From Escherichia phage JS98: 64,000 bases of DNA. The notes under the pieces were generated by a model that was given only the letters and a program-made list of their open reading frames with translations, was not told where the DNA came from and ran no database searches. The stretch lies in the sequence record NC_010105.1; one strand, 5' to 3'. Shown here piece after piece: positions 18,631-27,563 of the stretch. The translations under genes were made by a program, and so were the position numbers. How positions within the stretch are numbered: position 1 is the first letter of the stretch; each line of letters begins with the position of its first letter.

Positions 18631-19079
18631 TCTTTATTCTCGAAGTGAATTACAGGACACATCTTAGATTTACGAGCTTTAATGTATTGGACGACGATAT
18701 TTTCTTTAGTTTCTCGGCCTTCACGCTCAGCTTGAATACGTTGCCATTCCTTTTCTTCTCTACGTGCATCATACCACGCGTGTAAATTCATCGCACCTAA
18801 TGCCAAACCAATGGATAGAGCAATAATAAGAGCTATTGCAATCAACCCTAAAACAAACCCTAGACTCAACAGAACAGGAGTACTTAATACAAAGAAATGC
18901 TCTAATACACCAGCTCCTGCAACAGTTAATCCAAAAAGCGTACTACCTGCAACAACAGCACAAGCAAAACAAGCCCAAACCATTTTCCAGAAATAAGCAC
19001 ACAAAGAGTGTGGTCGAGAATGACGGTCATAAAAACGGTCGTGTAATTTAACGTGCCAAGAGTTTGAATTGATAATCAT
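18627..19079 (-). CDS. membrane protein (150 aa, 3-4 TM helices, charged C-terminal tail)
   Basis: Hydrophobic segments WACFACAVVAGSTLFGLTVAGAGVL and LLSLGFVLGLIAIALIIALSIGLALGAM. Confidence 0.5.
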   Translation of the reverse strand: MIINSNSWHVKLHDRFYDRHSRPHSLCAYFWKMVWACFACAVVAGSTLFGLTVAGAGVLEHFFVLSTPVLLSLGFVLGLIAIALIIALSIGLALGAMNLHAWYDARREEKEWQRIQAEREGRETKENIVVQYIKARKSKMCPVIHFENKE

Positions 19080-19089
19080 AATATTTTCC

Positions 19090-19650
19090 TTAAGGGTTCA
19101 TAGTTGGGATAACAGAGTTCAGATAAGAGACTAAAACTTTTAGCTCGTCTTTAGTAAATACCACTTCATTTTCACCATCGTGTCTTTGGGTCAAGGATAG
19201 CAAATCACGACCCTGGTGTTGATACACGGATAATTCGGTATCATAATCCAGTTCTTCTTCATCACCTTCAAATGTTTCACTAGAACGAATCACCGCATCT
19301 TGGCCTGGAACTTTCCATTCAACTTCTGGCTTGCATTCTTCCTGGAACAGTTTAAAAATACATTTAAAGAAATTACTAGAATTCCTAATGCTTAGACATT
19401 CAGTATCAGTTTCGATATTAAATCCGTCTTCATTTTTATAAATCTGGGCCCATACATCGTCGTTAATATCAAACGATGCTCTATGGCGTCCATCAAGATA
19501 CCCATCTTTATCCAAAACCTTTAAATCATAAAGTGGTTTAATATCTTGGATAGTTAGTACGATTTTATCGTCTTCTTGACAAAGCTCAATTGCATTATTA
19601 ACTACTTCAGCGGTCAGTTCGCCAAACAATTCAGTTGTTTCAATAATCAT
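19090..19650 (-). CDS. hypothetical acidic protein (186 aa)
   Basis: Intact ORF. Confidence 0.45.
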   Translation of the reverse strand: MIIETTELFGELTAEVVNNAIELCQEDDKIVLTIQDIKPLYDLKVLDKDGYLDGRHRASFDINDDVWAQIYKNEDGFNIETDTECLSIRNSSNFFKCIFKLFQEECKPEVEWKVPGQDAVIRSSETFEGDEEELDYDTELSVYQHQGRDLLSLTQRHDGENEVVFTKDELKVLVSYLNSVIPTMNP

Positions 19651-19660
19651 TTTCTGTTCC

Positions 19661-19879
19661 TCAACGGTTGTGTTTTAAAATACTGTACAGTTCTTCGACT
19701 TGGCTCGCATTCAGACAAATCATATCATTTTCTTGCTGGATTGTGATTCCGCCTTTTTCTTCCCAATCTTTAACAAAAATGTCATCGTCAGACTCTTCAA
19801 CATCTGCCAAAAGGACAATAATACCGTCTTCAGAATTACCACTTGGGTCGTATAACATTACAGTTTCCTCGCTAGCCAT
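19661..19879 (-). CDS. hypothetical acidic protein (about 72 aa)
   Basis: ORF; start set at MASEETVMLYD. Confidence 0.35.
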   Translation of the reverse strand: MASEETVMLYDPSGNSEDGIIVLLADVEESDDDIFVKDWEEKGGITIQQENDMICLNASQVEELYSILKHNR

Positions 19880-19949
19880 GAAAAGAATAAACCTATTAAA
19901 ACTGGACCAATAAGCATTGTAAGCCAAGCCCAAGGTTCAAGATAGTAAA

Positions 19950-20207
19950 TCATCTCATGCTCCTGTGCCAACAGTTACGTGGCTCACGTTTAAAAATTTC
20001 ATCATGCATTGACTGACAACCTATACAATATATCACACCTTTGATAGCTTGACGTCGTGCTTCAGGAATCTCTTCATCACAATCAAAACAATATTTAGCC
20101 GATTCACGTTCAACTGCTACTTGCTTACGGGCGTGTACTATAGCGGCCTGAACGACCGCTTCCATTTCGAGCTGTTCGGCTCCGTCCTTAGCAAATCCAA
20201 CAGCCAT
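19950..20207 (-). CDS. DksA/TraR-like C4 zinc-finger protein
   Basis: C-x2-C-x17-C-x2-C (CFDCDEEIPEARRQAIKGVIYCIGC). Confidence 0.5.
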   Translation of the reverse strand: MAVGFAKDGAEQLEMEAVVQAAIVHARKQVAVERESAKYCFDCDEEIPEARRQAIKGVIYCIGCQSMHDEIFKREPRNCWHRSMR

Positions 20208-20389
20208 TATGCTTTCAACTCATTAAGATACTCAGCCAAGGCCGCTTTGGAGTTAGCCAAATCTCGTTTACACTGCTCTATTCCAGAATATGAATAACCT
20301 TCGCAATATTCAACAGCTAGGTCATTGGATGCGTTTTCAATATGCTGGGCGAGTTTAATAATTTTCTCAATCTGTTCGGTAGTTAACAT
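20207..20389 (-). CDS. hypothetical protein (60 aa)
   Basis: Intact ORF. Confidence 0.35.
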   Translation of the reverse strand: MLTTEQIEKIIKLAQHIENASNDLAVEYCEGYSYSGIEQCKRDLANSKAALAEYLNELKA

Positions 20390-20393
20390 AATA

Positions 20394-20630
20394 TCACCAG
20401 TATTTGTTGATAGTAGAAATTAATTCTTGGGCTTGAGTGGTCTTCAGCTTACACCCACAACCCTTTAATGTGTCTTTAAGGAGCCATGGTTCCTTGAGCT
20501 CGTCCTTTTCTAAGCGAATTCTGTACCCTCGGTAGTCGGCAAAGATACTTCGGTCGTCGAATATCTTAATCTCAAGGAGGCGATTATTGATTTCATATTC
20601 TAATGAAACCGTAGTACTTGTAAGTTTCAT
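20394..20630 (-). CDS. hypothetical protein (78 aa)
   Basis: Intact ORF just downstream of promoter cassette. Confidence 0.4.
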   Translation of the reverse strand: MKLTSTTVSLEYEINNRLLEIKIFDDRSIFADYRGYRIRLEKDELKEPWLLKDTLKGCGCKLKTTQAQELISTINKYW

Positions 20631-20649
20631 ACTGTTCTCCTCATTAGTT

Positions 20650-20686
20650 GATAGGTCTATAGTATCACGTTCCTAGAGGATGTAAA
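20650..20686 (-). promoter_or_regulatory. conserved early-promoter cassette (PeSL-like)
   Basis: Minus-strand ATTTACATCCTCTAGGAACGTGATACTATAGACCTATCAACTAATGAGG. Confidence 0.5.
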
Positions 20687-20727
20687 TACTAAAACGAAAA
20701 AAGGTCCCACCGAAGTGAGACCTTTGA

Positions 20728-21114
20728 TTATTCTAACGTTAACAAATACTTAGTCTGGTAAAAGACACCAGTGATGTCGTCCAAAGTCGATTGGATGGCC
20801 TTAGGAAGATTTTTGTAGATTTTATCAGACGCTTTAATAAGTTCATCAAGAAAATCTATGGGGTCTTTAGGCAGTTCTGAAGCAGATGGTAGTGATGCTT
20901 TATATTCTTTGCCACTAAATCCTAAATACTGTTCACTGAACTGGTCTAGTGGTCCTTGAACTTCTGTATAATAGAAGTCATATGCTTTGTGTCTTGCATA
21001 GCTTTTGGTTTCCAAATGGGCTGACTTAAAATAGGCTAAAGAAACCAACAGCCAACCAATATAAGAATCTACTTCAGTCCCTCGACTAAGTACGAAATCA
21101 TTGAATTTCATCAT
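20728..21114 (-). CDS. hypothetical protein (128 aa)
   Basis: Intact ORF. Confidence 0.4.
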   Translation of the reverse strand: MMKFNDFVLSRGTEVDSYIGWLLVSLAYFKSAHLETKSYARHKAYDFYYTEVQGPLDQFSEQYLGFSGKEYKASLPSASELPKDPIDFLDELIKASDKIYKNLPKAIQSTLDDITGVFYQTKYLLTLE

Positions 21115-21391
21115 CTACCTTCATTAGTTTAGCGTATCGTTCTCCGATAGCCCGACCTTCAATCGAGCAAGACTCTATTGTATTGCAATTTGAAATTTTC
21201 CAAGAAGCAGTTACATAAGCCCAGTAGTCTTCGGAGGCCTTTACACTAGGTTTACTCATTTGCGCATAAACTGGCATCGCACTACTAGCAAAGGCGTCCA
21301 TCAATTTAGGGTCGGATTTGTTTGCTAGTGAAGATGTTGGGCTTAAACATCCAATCATAAGGATACAAGCCACTGTACGGAAAATACCCAT
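21098..21391 (-). CDS. small secreted/periplasmic protein (signal peptide)
   Basis: N-terminal FRTVACILMIGCLSPTSSLA signal-like region. Confidence 0.4.
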   Translation of the reverse strand: MGIFRTVACILMIGCLSPTSSLANKSDPKLMDAFASSAMPVYAQMSKPSVKASEDYWAYVTASWKISNCNTIESCSIEGRAIGERYAKLMKVDDEIQ

Positions 21392-21478
21392 ACAAAAGTC
21401 CTTTGTTATTTTATACGAATTTGCCTTTCGGCCTTAACCGATAGCGATTACCAAAAGCTCTACGGTTAGTATTACTAT

Positions 21479-21757
21479 TTATAGCTTTTTAAGCTTACGA
21501 CAATAAGAATAGAACACGTCGTTAAAATTATATTCAACCCAATTCCTCTGTATAGGCGAGGTAATGGAAAGCATATAATGTGCTTTAATTAAATCCATTC
21601 CATTTTTATTAGGGCATTCTTTATTATTAGCATTATACGTCGCTGCTACAACTTCTATCTCTCTTTTGTAAGCCGCATCATCCATGATGGGCGAAAGAAC
21701 AATATAAGAGATGGCCACAGCGAACGCTAGAATTAAAATCTTTGAATTTAGGTCCAT
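21479..21757 (-). CDS. small secreted/periplasmic protein (signal peptide)
   Basis: N-terminal KILILAFAVAISYIVLSPI hydrophobic leader. Confidence 0.4.
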   Translation of the reverse strand: MDLNSKILILAFAVAISYIVLSPIMDDAAYKREIEVVAATYNANNKECPNKNGMDLIKAHYMLSITSPIQRNWVEYNFNDVFYSYCRKLKKL

Positions 21758-21764
21758 AGTACCC

Positions 21765-22337
21765 TCAACTCGTTATTTCTATCCAGTGCTTCCTGCACAA
21801 TGACACGTAAGAATCGTTGCCACCTATAGAAACTTGGGCTCCGTCCTTAATTGCGACACCATCTTGGACCCTAGCAGTCATAGTAGCTTTACGGCCGCAA
21901 TGGCACACACCTTTGTACTCAACGAGTTTATCTGCCGTAGCGAGTAATTCAGCAGAACCAGGAAACAGTTTACCCTGAAAATCAGTTCTTAGCCCGTAAC
22001 ACATAACCGGAACATTATAATTGTCTACTATCTTTGCCAGTTGTTTTATCTGTGCAGGTTCTAAGAACTGTGCTTCATCCACAAACACACAGTGGATATC
22101 TTTTTGAGATTCAGCCCAACGATAGAACTCGTATAGGTCCATATCCGGAGTCACTGCATTAGCCTCTTGACTAATCCCTATACGAGACGAAATGGTATGG
22201 CTTGATTCTCTATTGTCTATCGCAGGCTTTAAAAGGAGCACGCCCATACCATGTTCTTTGTAGTTATGAGCTGCCGTTAGCAATGAAGCGGTCTTACCTG
22301 AGTTCATTGCCGCATAATGAAAATAAAGTTGAGCCAT
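21765..22337 (-). CDS. tk: thymidine kinase
   Basis: 190 aa; P-loop AAMNSGKTASLL, VFVDEAQFL and C-terminal Cys cluster; colinear with T4 Tk. Confidence 0.93.
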   Translation of the reverse strand: MAQLYFHYAAMNSGKTASLLTAAHNYKEHGMGVLLLKPAIDNRESSHTISSRIGISQEANAVTPDMDLYEFYRWAESQKDIHCVFVDEAQFLEPAQIKQLAKIVDNYNVPVMCYGLRTDFQGKLFPGSAELLATADKLVEYKGVCHCGRKATMTARVQDGVAIKDGAQVSIGGNDSYVSLCRKHWIEITS

Positions 22338-22346
22338 ATTACCTTC

Positions 22347-22532
22347 TTAAAGCGTATTCACATAAGCTATTAATTCGTTTTCTTTCTCATCAAACCGATC
22401 AGCAAATTCTTCTTGCTGTTCAGGAGATAGCGGACCATATTCATCGTAAAAAGCGTTTGCTTCGGTATGTTCATCCAAAAGCTCGTGAATAAGCTCAAAC
22501 AATCTACTTTTCTGACTAATACTTAAACTCAT
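22347..22532 (-). CDS. hypothetical acidic protein (61 aa)
   Basis: Intact ORF. Confidence 0.4.
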   Translation of the reverse strand: MSLSISQKSRLFELIHELLDEHTEANAFYDEYGPLSPEQQEEFADRFDEKENELIAYVNTL

Positions 22533-22735
22533 TTAGGTTCACCATATCGCACAAATTTAGGATGTTCGCAATAACCAGAATGAAAACCTTCACCCTTATG
22601 ATTGGAACATCCTTTATTAGAACAGTACCACCAGTAATCAAATTCGCATTCCATTCCATCGTTGCATAAAGCTGCGATTACTGGCCATTCGCATTTTTCA
22701 CATTTAGCCGTTTTAAGAATTCTGGCTTGGCTCAT
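22529..22735 (-). CDS. Cys-rich small protein (about 68 aa)
   Basis: Start at MSQARILK with ATGA overlap to upstream stop; eight Cys. Confidence 0.4.
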   Translation of the reverse strand: MSQARILKTAKCEKCEWPVIAALCNDGMECEFDYWWYCSNKGCSNHKGEGFHSGYCEHPKFVRYGEPK

Positions 22736-22944
22736 AACCATTGCACCTTTAAGCAATATTCTTCTACATGCTGTTTACGTTTATTTTTATCTATAAAAGT
22801 ATATTCAACGTATTCACCAATATACCATTTATCGGTGTTATGCTGACTTTTTATAGGGCATTTAGTTACTCGAGTTTCGGTCCAGCGCCGAATAATTTCC
22901 GCTTTGTTTTTAGGGTCAAACGGATGTGGGTAATGTGCTTTCAT
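22732..22944 (-). CDS. hypothetical protein (70 aa)
   Basis: Intact ORF. Confidence 0.35.
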   Translation of the reverse strand: MKAHYPHPFDPKNKAEIIRRWTETRVTKCPIKSQHNTDKWYIGEYVEYTFIDKNKRKQHVEEYCLKVQWL

Positions 22945-23395
22945 AATCCACCACTATTAAATCAATATCAGGGGTAAACATATCAATTAATTGAGAAACC
23001 TTGTCCCAATCACCACCAGCAATACCACAACCAATGCGAGGAATATAAATTCTTGGTTTAAACAAAAGGTCATTTGCTTGTAGATTTAATTCTATCATAC
23101 AGTTTACTAAAGCACCGTAATCAAGATTAGGGCCTGGTTCGTATTGGGTGTATAAATTATAGCACATTGCAAATCCATTAGGCTTATGTTTAAAAACAAT
23201 AGACATATCACCTAATTTATCACGAGAGCCGTATTCGGTAGTAGTCTTATCAATTTCTAAAATTTTAGGATAAGCTCTTGCTAATTGACCCGCTACACCT
23301 GAACCCATAGTGTGAAAACAATTACACCCATGTGCAATAATATTACCTTGGAGAAACAGGGCGACGATATCGCCCTTAATATAATCAATAATCAT
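22916..23395 (-). CDS. macro-domain protein (ADP-ribose binding/processing fold)
   Basis: N-terminal IIAHGCNCFHTMGSGVAGQL and later IPRIGCGIAGGDW match the two glycine-rich macro-domain motifs. Confidence 0.55.
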   Translation of the reverse strand: MIIDYIKGDIVALFLQGNIIAHGCNCFHTMGSGVAGQLARAYPKILEIDKTTTEYGSRDKLGDMSIVFKHKPNGFAMCYNLYTQYEPGPNLDYGALVNCMIELNLQANDLLFKPRIYIPRIGCGIAGGDWDKVSQLIDMFTPDIDLIVVDYESTLPTSV

Positions 23396-23748
23396 TTAGA
23401 GTTTAGCCCTCGGTTGTAAGAGTCAACGAGTCTGTCTACCATAGACGCGCACATTTCTTTGTACTTTTTATCAGATGGAACACATTCAGTAACGTTTAGA
23501 CGTTGCTCGTATCTTTTAGAAAGAGTTTTCTCTTTCATTCGGCGATGCTCGACGTCGTTCTGCCCATCTTTAAAAGCAGCTGTTATTTTTGAACTGAATT
23601 CAATAACACATTCAGTATTACTCGGATGACAATAATCTTTTGCTGTACGGGTGGCATACTCGACAATTGAATTATTTGTATCATCAACCTGTGATGCTAA
23701 TACTCCCGGAGCAATCAACATAAGCGCTATAGTCATCTGTTTAATCAT
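23392..23748 (-). CDS. hypothetical secreted protein (118 aa)
   Basis: Signal-like MIKQMTIALMLIAPGVLASQ. Confidence 0.4.
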   Translation of the reverse strand: MIKQMTIALMLIAPGVLASQVDDTNNSIVEYATRTAKDYCHPSNTECVIEFSSKITAAFKDGQNDVEHRRMKEKTLSKRYEQRLNVTECVPSDKKYKEMCASMVDRLVDSYNRGLNSK

Positions 23749-24288
23749 TTAATATACCGCCTCAAACATCTTTTTAGATTTTAGGTAATTGGCCTTTTCT
23801 AGAACTTCGGAAGCATATTTACTGCCTGCTTTGACATTCCAGCCCGCATTATAAGAAGCAATCGCTTTTCTCAGGTCACCTTTGTGAACATTAATCCAAT
23901 AAGACAGCTCAATGTAGGCCCAAGAGGCACTGTTCTGTCGTTTTTGGACCATACGAATTATTTCTTTGTCTGACATCTTCCAACCTACCTGTTGAACACG
24001 ACTTCTTAACGTAGGCAAGTAATTTTGGAACATGCCATAAGCATGGTGCTTATCTTTATTTAAACCTTGATTAATTCCAGCAGATGATTCCTGCCATAAT
24101 AATCCGGCCATTATATATCCTAATCCTTTTTGATTAGGGTTTTCTTTGAACTTTCCCGACTTTTGGTATTGTTCACCGAAAGCATACGCATAATGTAAAT
24201 TATCGAGTTGTTCATTACTGAAAGTAGGCTCTACGCTATAGGCAGACATACTAACTGTCAATAGTAAAGTGGCTAATACTTTTTTCAT
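23749..24288 (-). CDS. secreted lytic-transglycosylase-like protein
   Basis: Signal peptide MKKVLATLLLTVSMSAYS; WQESS and AYNAG motifs resemble SLT-domain catalytic and substrate-binding motifs. Confidence 0.45.
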   Translation of the reverse strand: MKKVLATLLLTVSMSAYSVEPTFSNEQLDNLHYAYAFGEQYQKSGKFKENPNQKGLGYIMAGLLWQESSAGINQGLNKDKHHAYGMFQNYLPTLRSRVQQVGWKMSDKEIIRMVQKRQNSASWAYIELSYWINVHKGDLRKAIASYNAGWNVKAGSKYASEVLEKANYLKSKKMFEAVY

Positions 24289-24300
24289 GAGACCTCATTA

Positions 24301-24759
24301 TTAAAGATAGATTACTTTCGTGCTGGTTTTACCTTCTAAACGTTTAGAGTTAACAAATGCCATACGACATTTTAATGAATATCCTTTATCAGGATGTTTA
24401 CGATCTACGGTCATACCCAACCATAAGGTTTTATCGGTAATCTCGAGACGCAGTGGACGATACACTTTACCTGGGACAATTTCAGATTCTACGTCAGGAA
24501 GAGGCTCCTGGATTAAAAATTCATGGATTTCTTTAACATGATTGTGGAGCTTCTTGAACAAAGAGAAAACATATTTTTCGTCAATTTCACGTTGGATAGC
24601 ACGGTCCAACAAGTGATTAGAGTACTTAATAAAGAAAGCTGGGACACCGCTCTTAATGGCGGCTTTTTTGATGGACGCGTTAAGTTCACGAAATTCGGTT
24701 TCGAACTGACGACGTAATTTGTTGCGGCGGATGAATACTTCTGAATTAATTTCTGACAT
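24301..24759 (-). CDS. regB: endoribonuclease RegB
   Basis: Start at MSEINSEVFIRRNKLRR (ATG 24757-24759); colinear with T4 RegB. Confidence 0.88.
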   Translation of the reverse strand: MSEINSEVFIRRNKLRRQFETEFRELNASIKKAAIKSGVPAFFIKYSNHLLDRAIQREIDEKYVFSLFKKLHNHVKEIHEFLIQEPLPDVESEIVPGKVYRPLRLEITDKTLWLGMTVDRKHPDKGYSLKCRMAFVNSKRLEGKTSTKVIYL

Positions 24760-24778
24760 TTTGTAATCTCCTGTAGTT

Positions 24779-24816
24779 GATAGGTCTATAGTACCATGTC
24801 TACAGGAGATGTAAAC
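24779..24816 (-). promoter_or_regulatory. conserved early-promoter cassette (PeSL-like) with inverted repeat TCCTGTAG/CTACAGGA
   Basis: Minus-strand GTTTACATCTCCTGTAGACATGGTACTATAGACCTATCAACTACAGGAG upstream of regB. Confidence 0.55.
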
Positions 24817-24821
24817 TGCTT

Positions 24822-25100
24822 TTAGTATTTTTCTTCGGGTTGGAAAACAGAACGACAGGCCCACATGGAGGCTTCTTTCAAGCGTTCTATTGCCGTACGA
24901 ATCTGGGCGAGACGTTCATGAGTGAGGTCGAATTCTTCATCACTCATTTTATCAACACCTGAGCATGTAAAGGCTTCAACGTATTCTTCTTCTAATGCTT
25001 TAAAGATTAAGCCTAATCGAACTTCAGCATCTTTAATGGCATTCACTTTACTGATTTTATCGTCGGTATGTGGCTTGTAACCCTTGATATCTTCAATCAT
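24822..25100 (-). CDS. hypothetical small protein (92 aa)
   Basis: Intact ORF between denV and regB. Confidence 0.4.
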   Translation of the reverse strand: MIEDIKGYKPHTDDKISKVNAIKDAEVRLGLIFKALEEEYVEAFTCSGVDKMSDEEFDLTHERLAQIRTAIERLKEASMWACRSVFQPEEKY

Positions 25101-25315
25101 TTCACTTCCTCATCAGATGCAATATCATATTCTACAAAACGAAGGCCATCGTATCCACCACTAACAGAGATATACGTAGTCGGGTAAACAATTTCTTTAC
25201 CATTCCATTGGCCACCGTCCCAACATTCCATAAAGCCTTGTTCGCCCTGTTCGTGGAACCAGTCAACAAACATCTTCAGGGCTTCATCAGAGCCTTCAAT
25301 TGTCAATTTAGACAT
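25097..25315 (-). CDS. hypothetical protein (72 aa)
   Basis: Intact ORF. Confidence 0.35.
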   Translation of the reverse strand: MSKLTIEGSDEALKMFVDWFHEQGEQGFMECWDGGQWNGKEIVYPTTYISVSGGYDGLRFVEYDIASDEEVK

Positions 25316-25604
25316 ATTTTTTCCAGTCAGAAATCATATGAATCTCTTGGTCATACGTCAAGAGACTGCGAGTTATAATACCCTTACAAGGCCCAGAGAT
25401 GAACTCGAGGGTGAAGTAAGGAACCTGTTTCATTAATCGGATACTAGGAGCGTGGCATCTAAAACGAGAGCCCTTAAAGGGCCCTGACATGAATACGTAT
25501 TCTAATGGATAGAAATAAGCATATTCGAAATTTGCAGTAAGGTCCTCTCTTCGAACCTTACGTGAGAAATAACAGAACTCAAAAAGTTCTTCATCGGTCA
25601 TCAT
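25308..25604 (-). CDS. hypothetical protein (98 aa)
   Basis: Intact ORF. Confidence 0.35.
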   Translation of the reverse strand: MMTDEELFEFCYFSRKVRREDLTANFEYAYFYPLEYVFMSGPFKGSRFRCHAPSIRLMKQVPYFTLEFISGPCKGIITRSLLTYDQEIHMISDWKKYV

Positions 25605-26197
25605 TGCATTCCTATCACAAAGAACAGAGGGCGAGTAGTTTGATTGCTTTCTTCACATGATGCACGACAGCAATGTTGCACCACCTTTATATGGGCATCA
25701 TAAATCTTATCCATATCAGGTGTTTTAACAGGCTCATCAATTATATACAGAACCCGTGAAAGTGATAATCCACGGAATTTGCATGCAGTGTTACCAATAA
25801 AACTACGAACAGAATCAGTGTACAAACGGTACTTAATACTTTCTGTATGGTTATTAAAATATTCCTTTCGGATTGCAGCAGCCGAAACATTAGCATACGC
25901 GGCGCAATTAGACAAAATAATTACAGTCCCGCCACCTGCGAGCCAATCAGACGCAAAAATGGATACTGCCCTTGTTTTACCAGATTGGCGTCCACCATCA
26001 AGTTTTAGGGTGCAGCATTCTTTAAACAGGGTTTGTGAATCAGGTACATAAAACCCACTATTACAAATGTGTTCTACTCTAGCATCAGAATGGTTTGCAA
26101 AAGCATTCATCAGGGATAGATAACTACCGGTTAAAAACGTTTTCATAATTGTCTCTTTTTTAAGTTGGGGCCATTCCTTGGCACATAATTCATCCAT
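25601..26197 (-). CDS. P-loop NTPase-like protein
   Basis: Walker A-like GGRQSGKT and Walker B-like VLYIIDE. Confidence 0.45.
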   Translation of the reverse strand: MDELCAKEWPQLKKETIMKTFLTGSYLSLMNAFANHSDARVEHICNSGFYVPDSQTLFKECCTLKLDGGRQSGKTRAVSIFASDWLAGGGTVIILSNCAAYANVSAAAIRKEYFNNHTESIKYRLYTDSVRSFIGNTACKFRGLSLSRVLYIIDEPVKTPDMDKIYDAHIKVVQHCCRASCEESNQTTRPLFFVIGMQ

Positions 26198-26309
26198 GTA
26201 TCCGTATGTAAACCCTTTACCGCACTTGGGCTCGACCTTATTACAGGTAGGGAAAGGTCCATCACTCAGAGGACGCGACGTTCATGAGGAGAGGGCCGGC
26301 TTGCCTTTA

Positions 26310-26609
26310 TTAGAAAGAACCAGAACCTTTAATTGTGTTCTGGCGACCTTTATTTTCCAATTCGGAGTGGTCGATTTCGTATGCTTGGGCTACACCAAAG
26401 GCTTTTTTAACTTTAGCTAAAGAGCCTTTAGATGTAACAATATTAAAAGTATTACCTTTAGTAAAATCAACCAAATCCACTTGTACGCCCTGTTTACCGA
26501 GGCTTGCTACAATAGCATCAACATATTCTTGGTCTAAGGTGCCTTGGACACCTATTTGGAATGCTTTAGGAGCTTTGGCTTCTGTAATAAATTCTTGATA
26601 AGTTTTCAT
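26310..26609 (-). CDS. internal-protein-like (capsid-targeted) protein
   Basis: N-terminal MKTYQEFITEA matches the T4 internal-protein capsid-targeting leader. Confidence 0.5.
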   Translation of the reverse strand: MKTYQEFITEAKAPKAFQIGVQGTLDQEYVDAIVASLGKQGVQVDLVDFTKGNTFNIVTSKGSLAKVKKAFGVAQAYEIDHSELENKGRQNTIKGSGSF

Positions 26610-26651
26610 ATTATTCCTTAAGTTGATAGAAGTATTCTATCACGGATTTAA

Positions 26652-27068
26652 TTAAGCGTAAATAGCCTTGCCGTAGTGTTTGTACCAGGTAGGACGTTGT
26701 GCAATTTTTTCGTCCAAACGAGCTTGTGAAATAGCGATAGAAGCTTCGTGAGGAACATAATCACCACGGAATTCCTGAGGAATATCACTAATGTCCTGGA
26801 CCGTAGTATCCTTGATATTAAAGCCACGTTTTAAACATTCGGCTATAAGCTCGATTTGACGCTTACGTAAAAATTCAAGCTTATCATAAAAGAATGTAAC
26901 GTGGCCTGTACCAAGGATAAAAGTAGGGCTGATTTTAAAATCACGAACACGTTTACCGTTAGCAACATGCTTACGAACTGCACCGAAAACACGTGGTAAT
27001 TCACGATATTCAGCCATTAAGTGTTGGTCAGCCAATTCAGATACTAAGGTAAGGTTGATACGAGTCAT
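26652..27068 (-). CDS. denV: endonuclease V (pyrimidine-dimer DNA glycosylase) DenV
   Basis: 138 aa, [41 protein letters not shown]..., near-identical to T4 DenV. Confidence 0.95.
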   Translation of the reverse strand: MTRINLTLVSELADQHLMAEYRELPRVFGAVRKHVANGKRVRDFKISPTFILGTGHVTFFYDKLEFLRKRQIELIAECLKRGFNIKDTTVQDISDIPQEFRGDYVPHEASIAISQARLDEKIAQRPTWYKHYGKAIYA

Positions 27069-27086
27069 TTTTAATCTCCTGTAGTT

Positions 27087-27124
27087 GATAGGTCTATAGT
27101 ATCATGCCTACAGGAGAAGTAAAC
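27087..27124 (-). promoter_or_regulatory. conserved early-promoter cassette (PeSL-like); inverted repeat CTCCTGTAG/CTACAGGAG pairs the spacer with the denV RBS
   Basis: Minus-strand AAGTTTACTTCTCCTGTAGGCATGATACTATAGACCTATCAACTACAGGAGATTAAAAATG. Confidence 0.55.
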
Positions 27125-27523
27125 TTATTTGTAAGTTTTCATCCAATTCTTGAACAGAGCTGCAACGTCTTTCTCTTTAACGTTCAATTTAACGTCCAGC
27201 ATTTTGCCACCGGCGGCACGTGTCTGACGAATCTTGGCCGTACCGGTTTCGCCATTCCACTCAACATAATACTGCCCGGTGTTCATAGCGATACCATCGC
27301 CATAGTCTTCGTTCTTAGAAGTAGTGAATGCCAACTTCATGGTCTTAGAGACACGGGCCTGCATGCCTGTCTGCAGAGCGTTACGAACGCGAATAACCTG
27401 AGGAGTGGCCTGGGTTAGGTTCTCGTTCAGTTCTTCGGTGAACTCTTCTGATTCAAACATTGCCAAAAGTTCAGCGGGCGCCGGGATTACAGCTTCGGCG
27501 ATAAATTCATTATAAGTTTTCAT
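27125..27523 (-). CDS. ipII: internal protein II-like
   Basis: MKTYNEFIAEA leader; position between denV and ipIII as in T4. Confidence 0.6.
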   Translation of the reverse strand: MKTYNEFIAEAVIPAPAELLAMFESEEFTEELNENLTQATPQVIRVRNALQTGMQARVSKTMKLAFTTSKNEDYGDGIAMNTGQYYVEWNGETGTAKIRQTRAAGGKMLDVKLNVKEKDVAALFKNWMKTYK

Positions 27524-27563
27524 ATAGGTCCTTTAAAGGTAAATGTGTTTAAGTATAGGCTTA

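Noticed and set aside
21476-21483. Minus-strand TATAAATA overlapping the stop codon of 21479-21757
   Set aside because: It is about 85 nt from the next downstream ATG and overlaps a coding stop; could be a late promoter but the spacing is atypical.
24301-24864. ORF-track 5' extensions of regB, nudE (28767-29345), the PspA-like gene (35218-35886), 30730-31020, AAA+ gene (16220-17215), gene 47 and others
   Set aside because: The extensions read through the upstream promoter cassette or RBS and lack their own RBS; starts were moved to the internal ATG that follows a Shine-Dalgarno and matches the T4 N-terminus where known.
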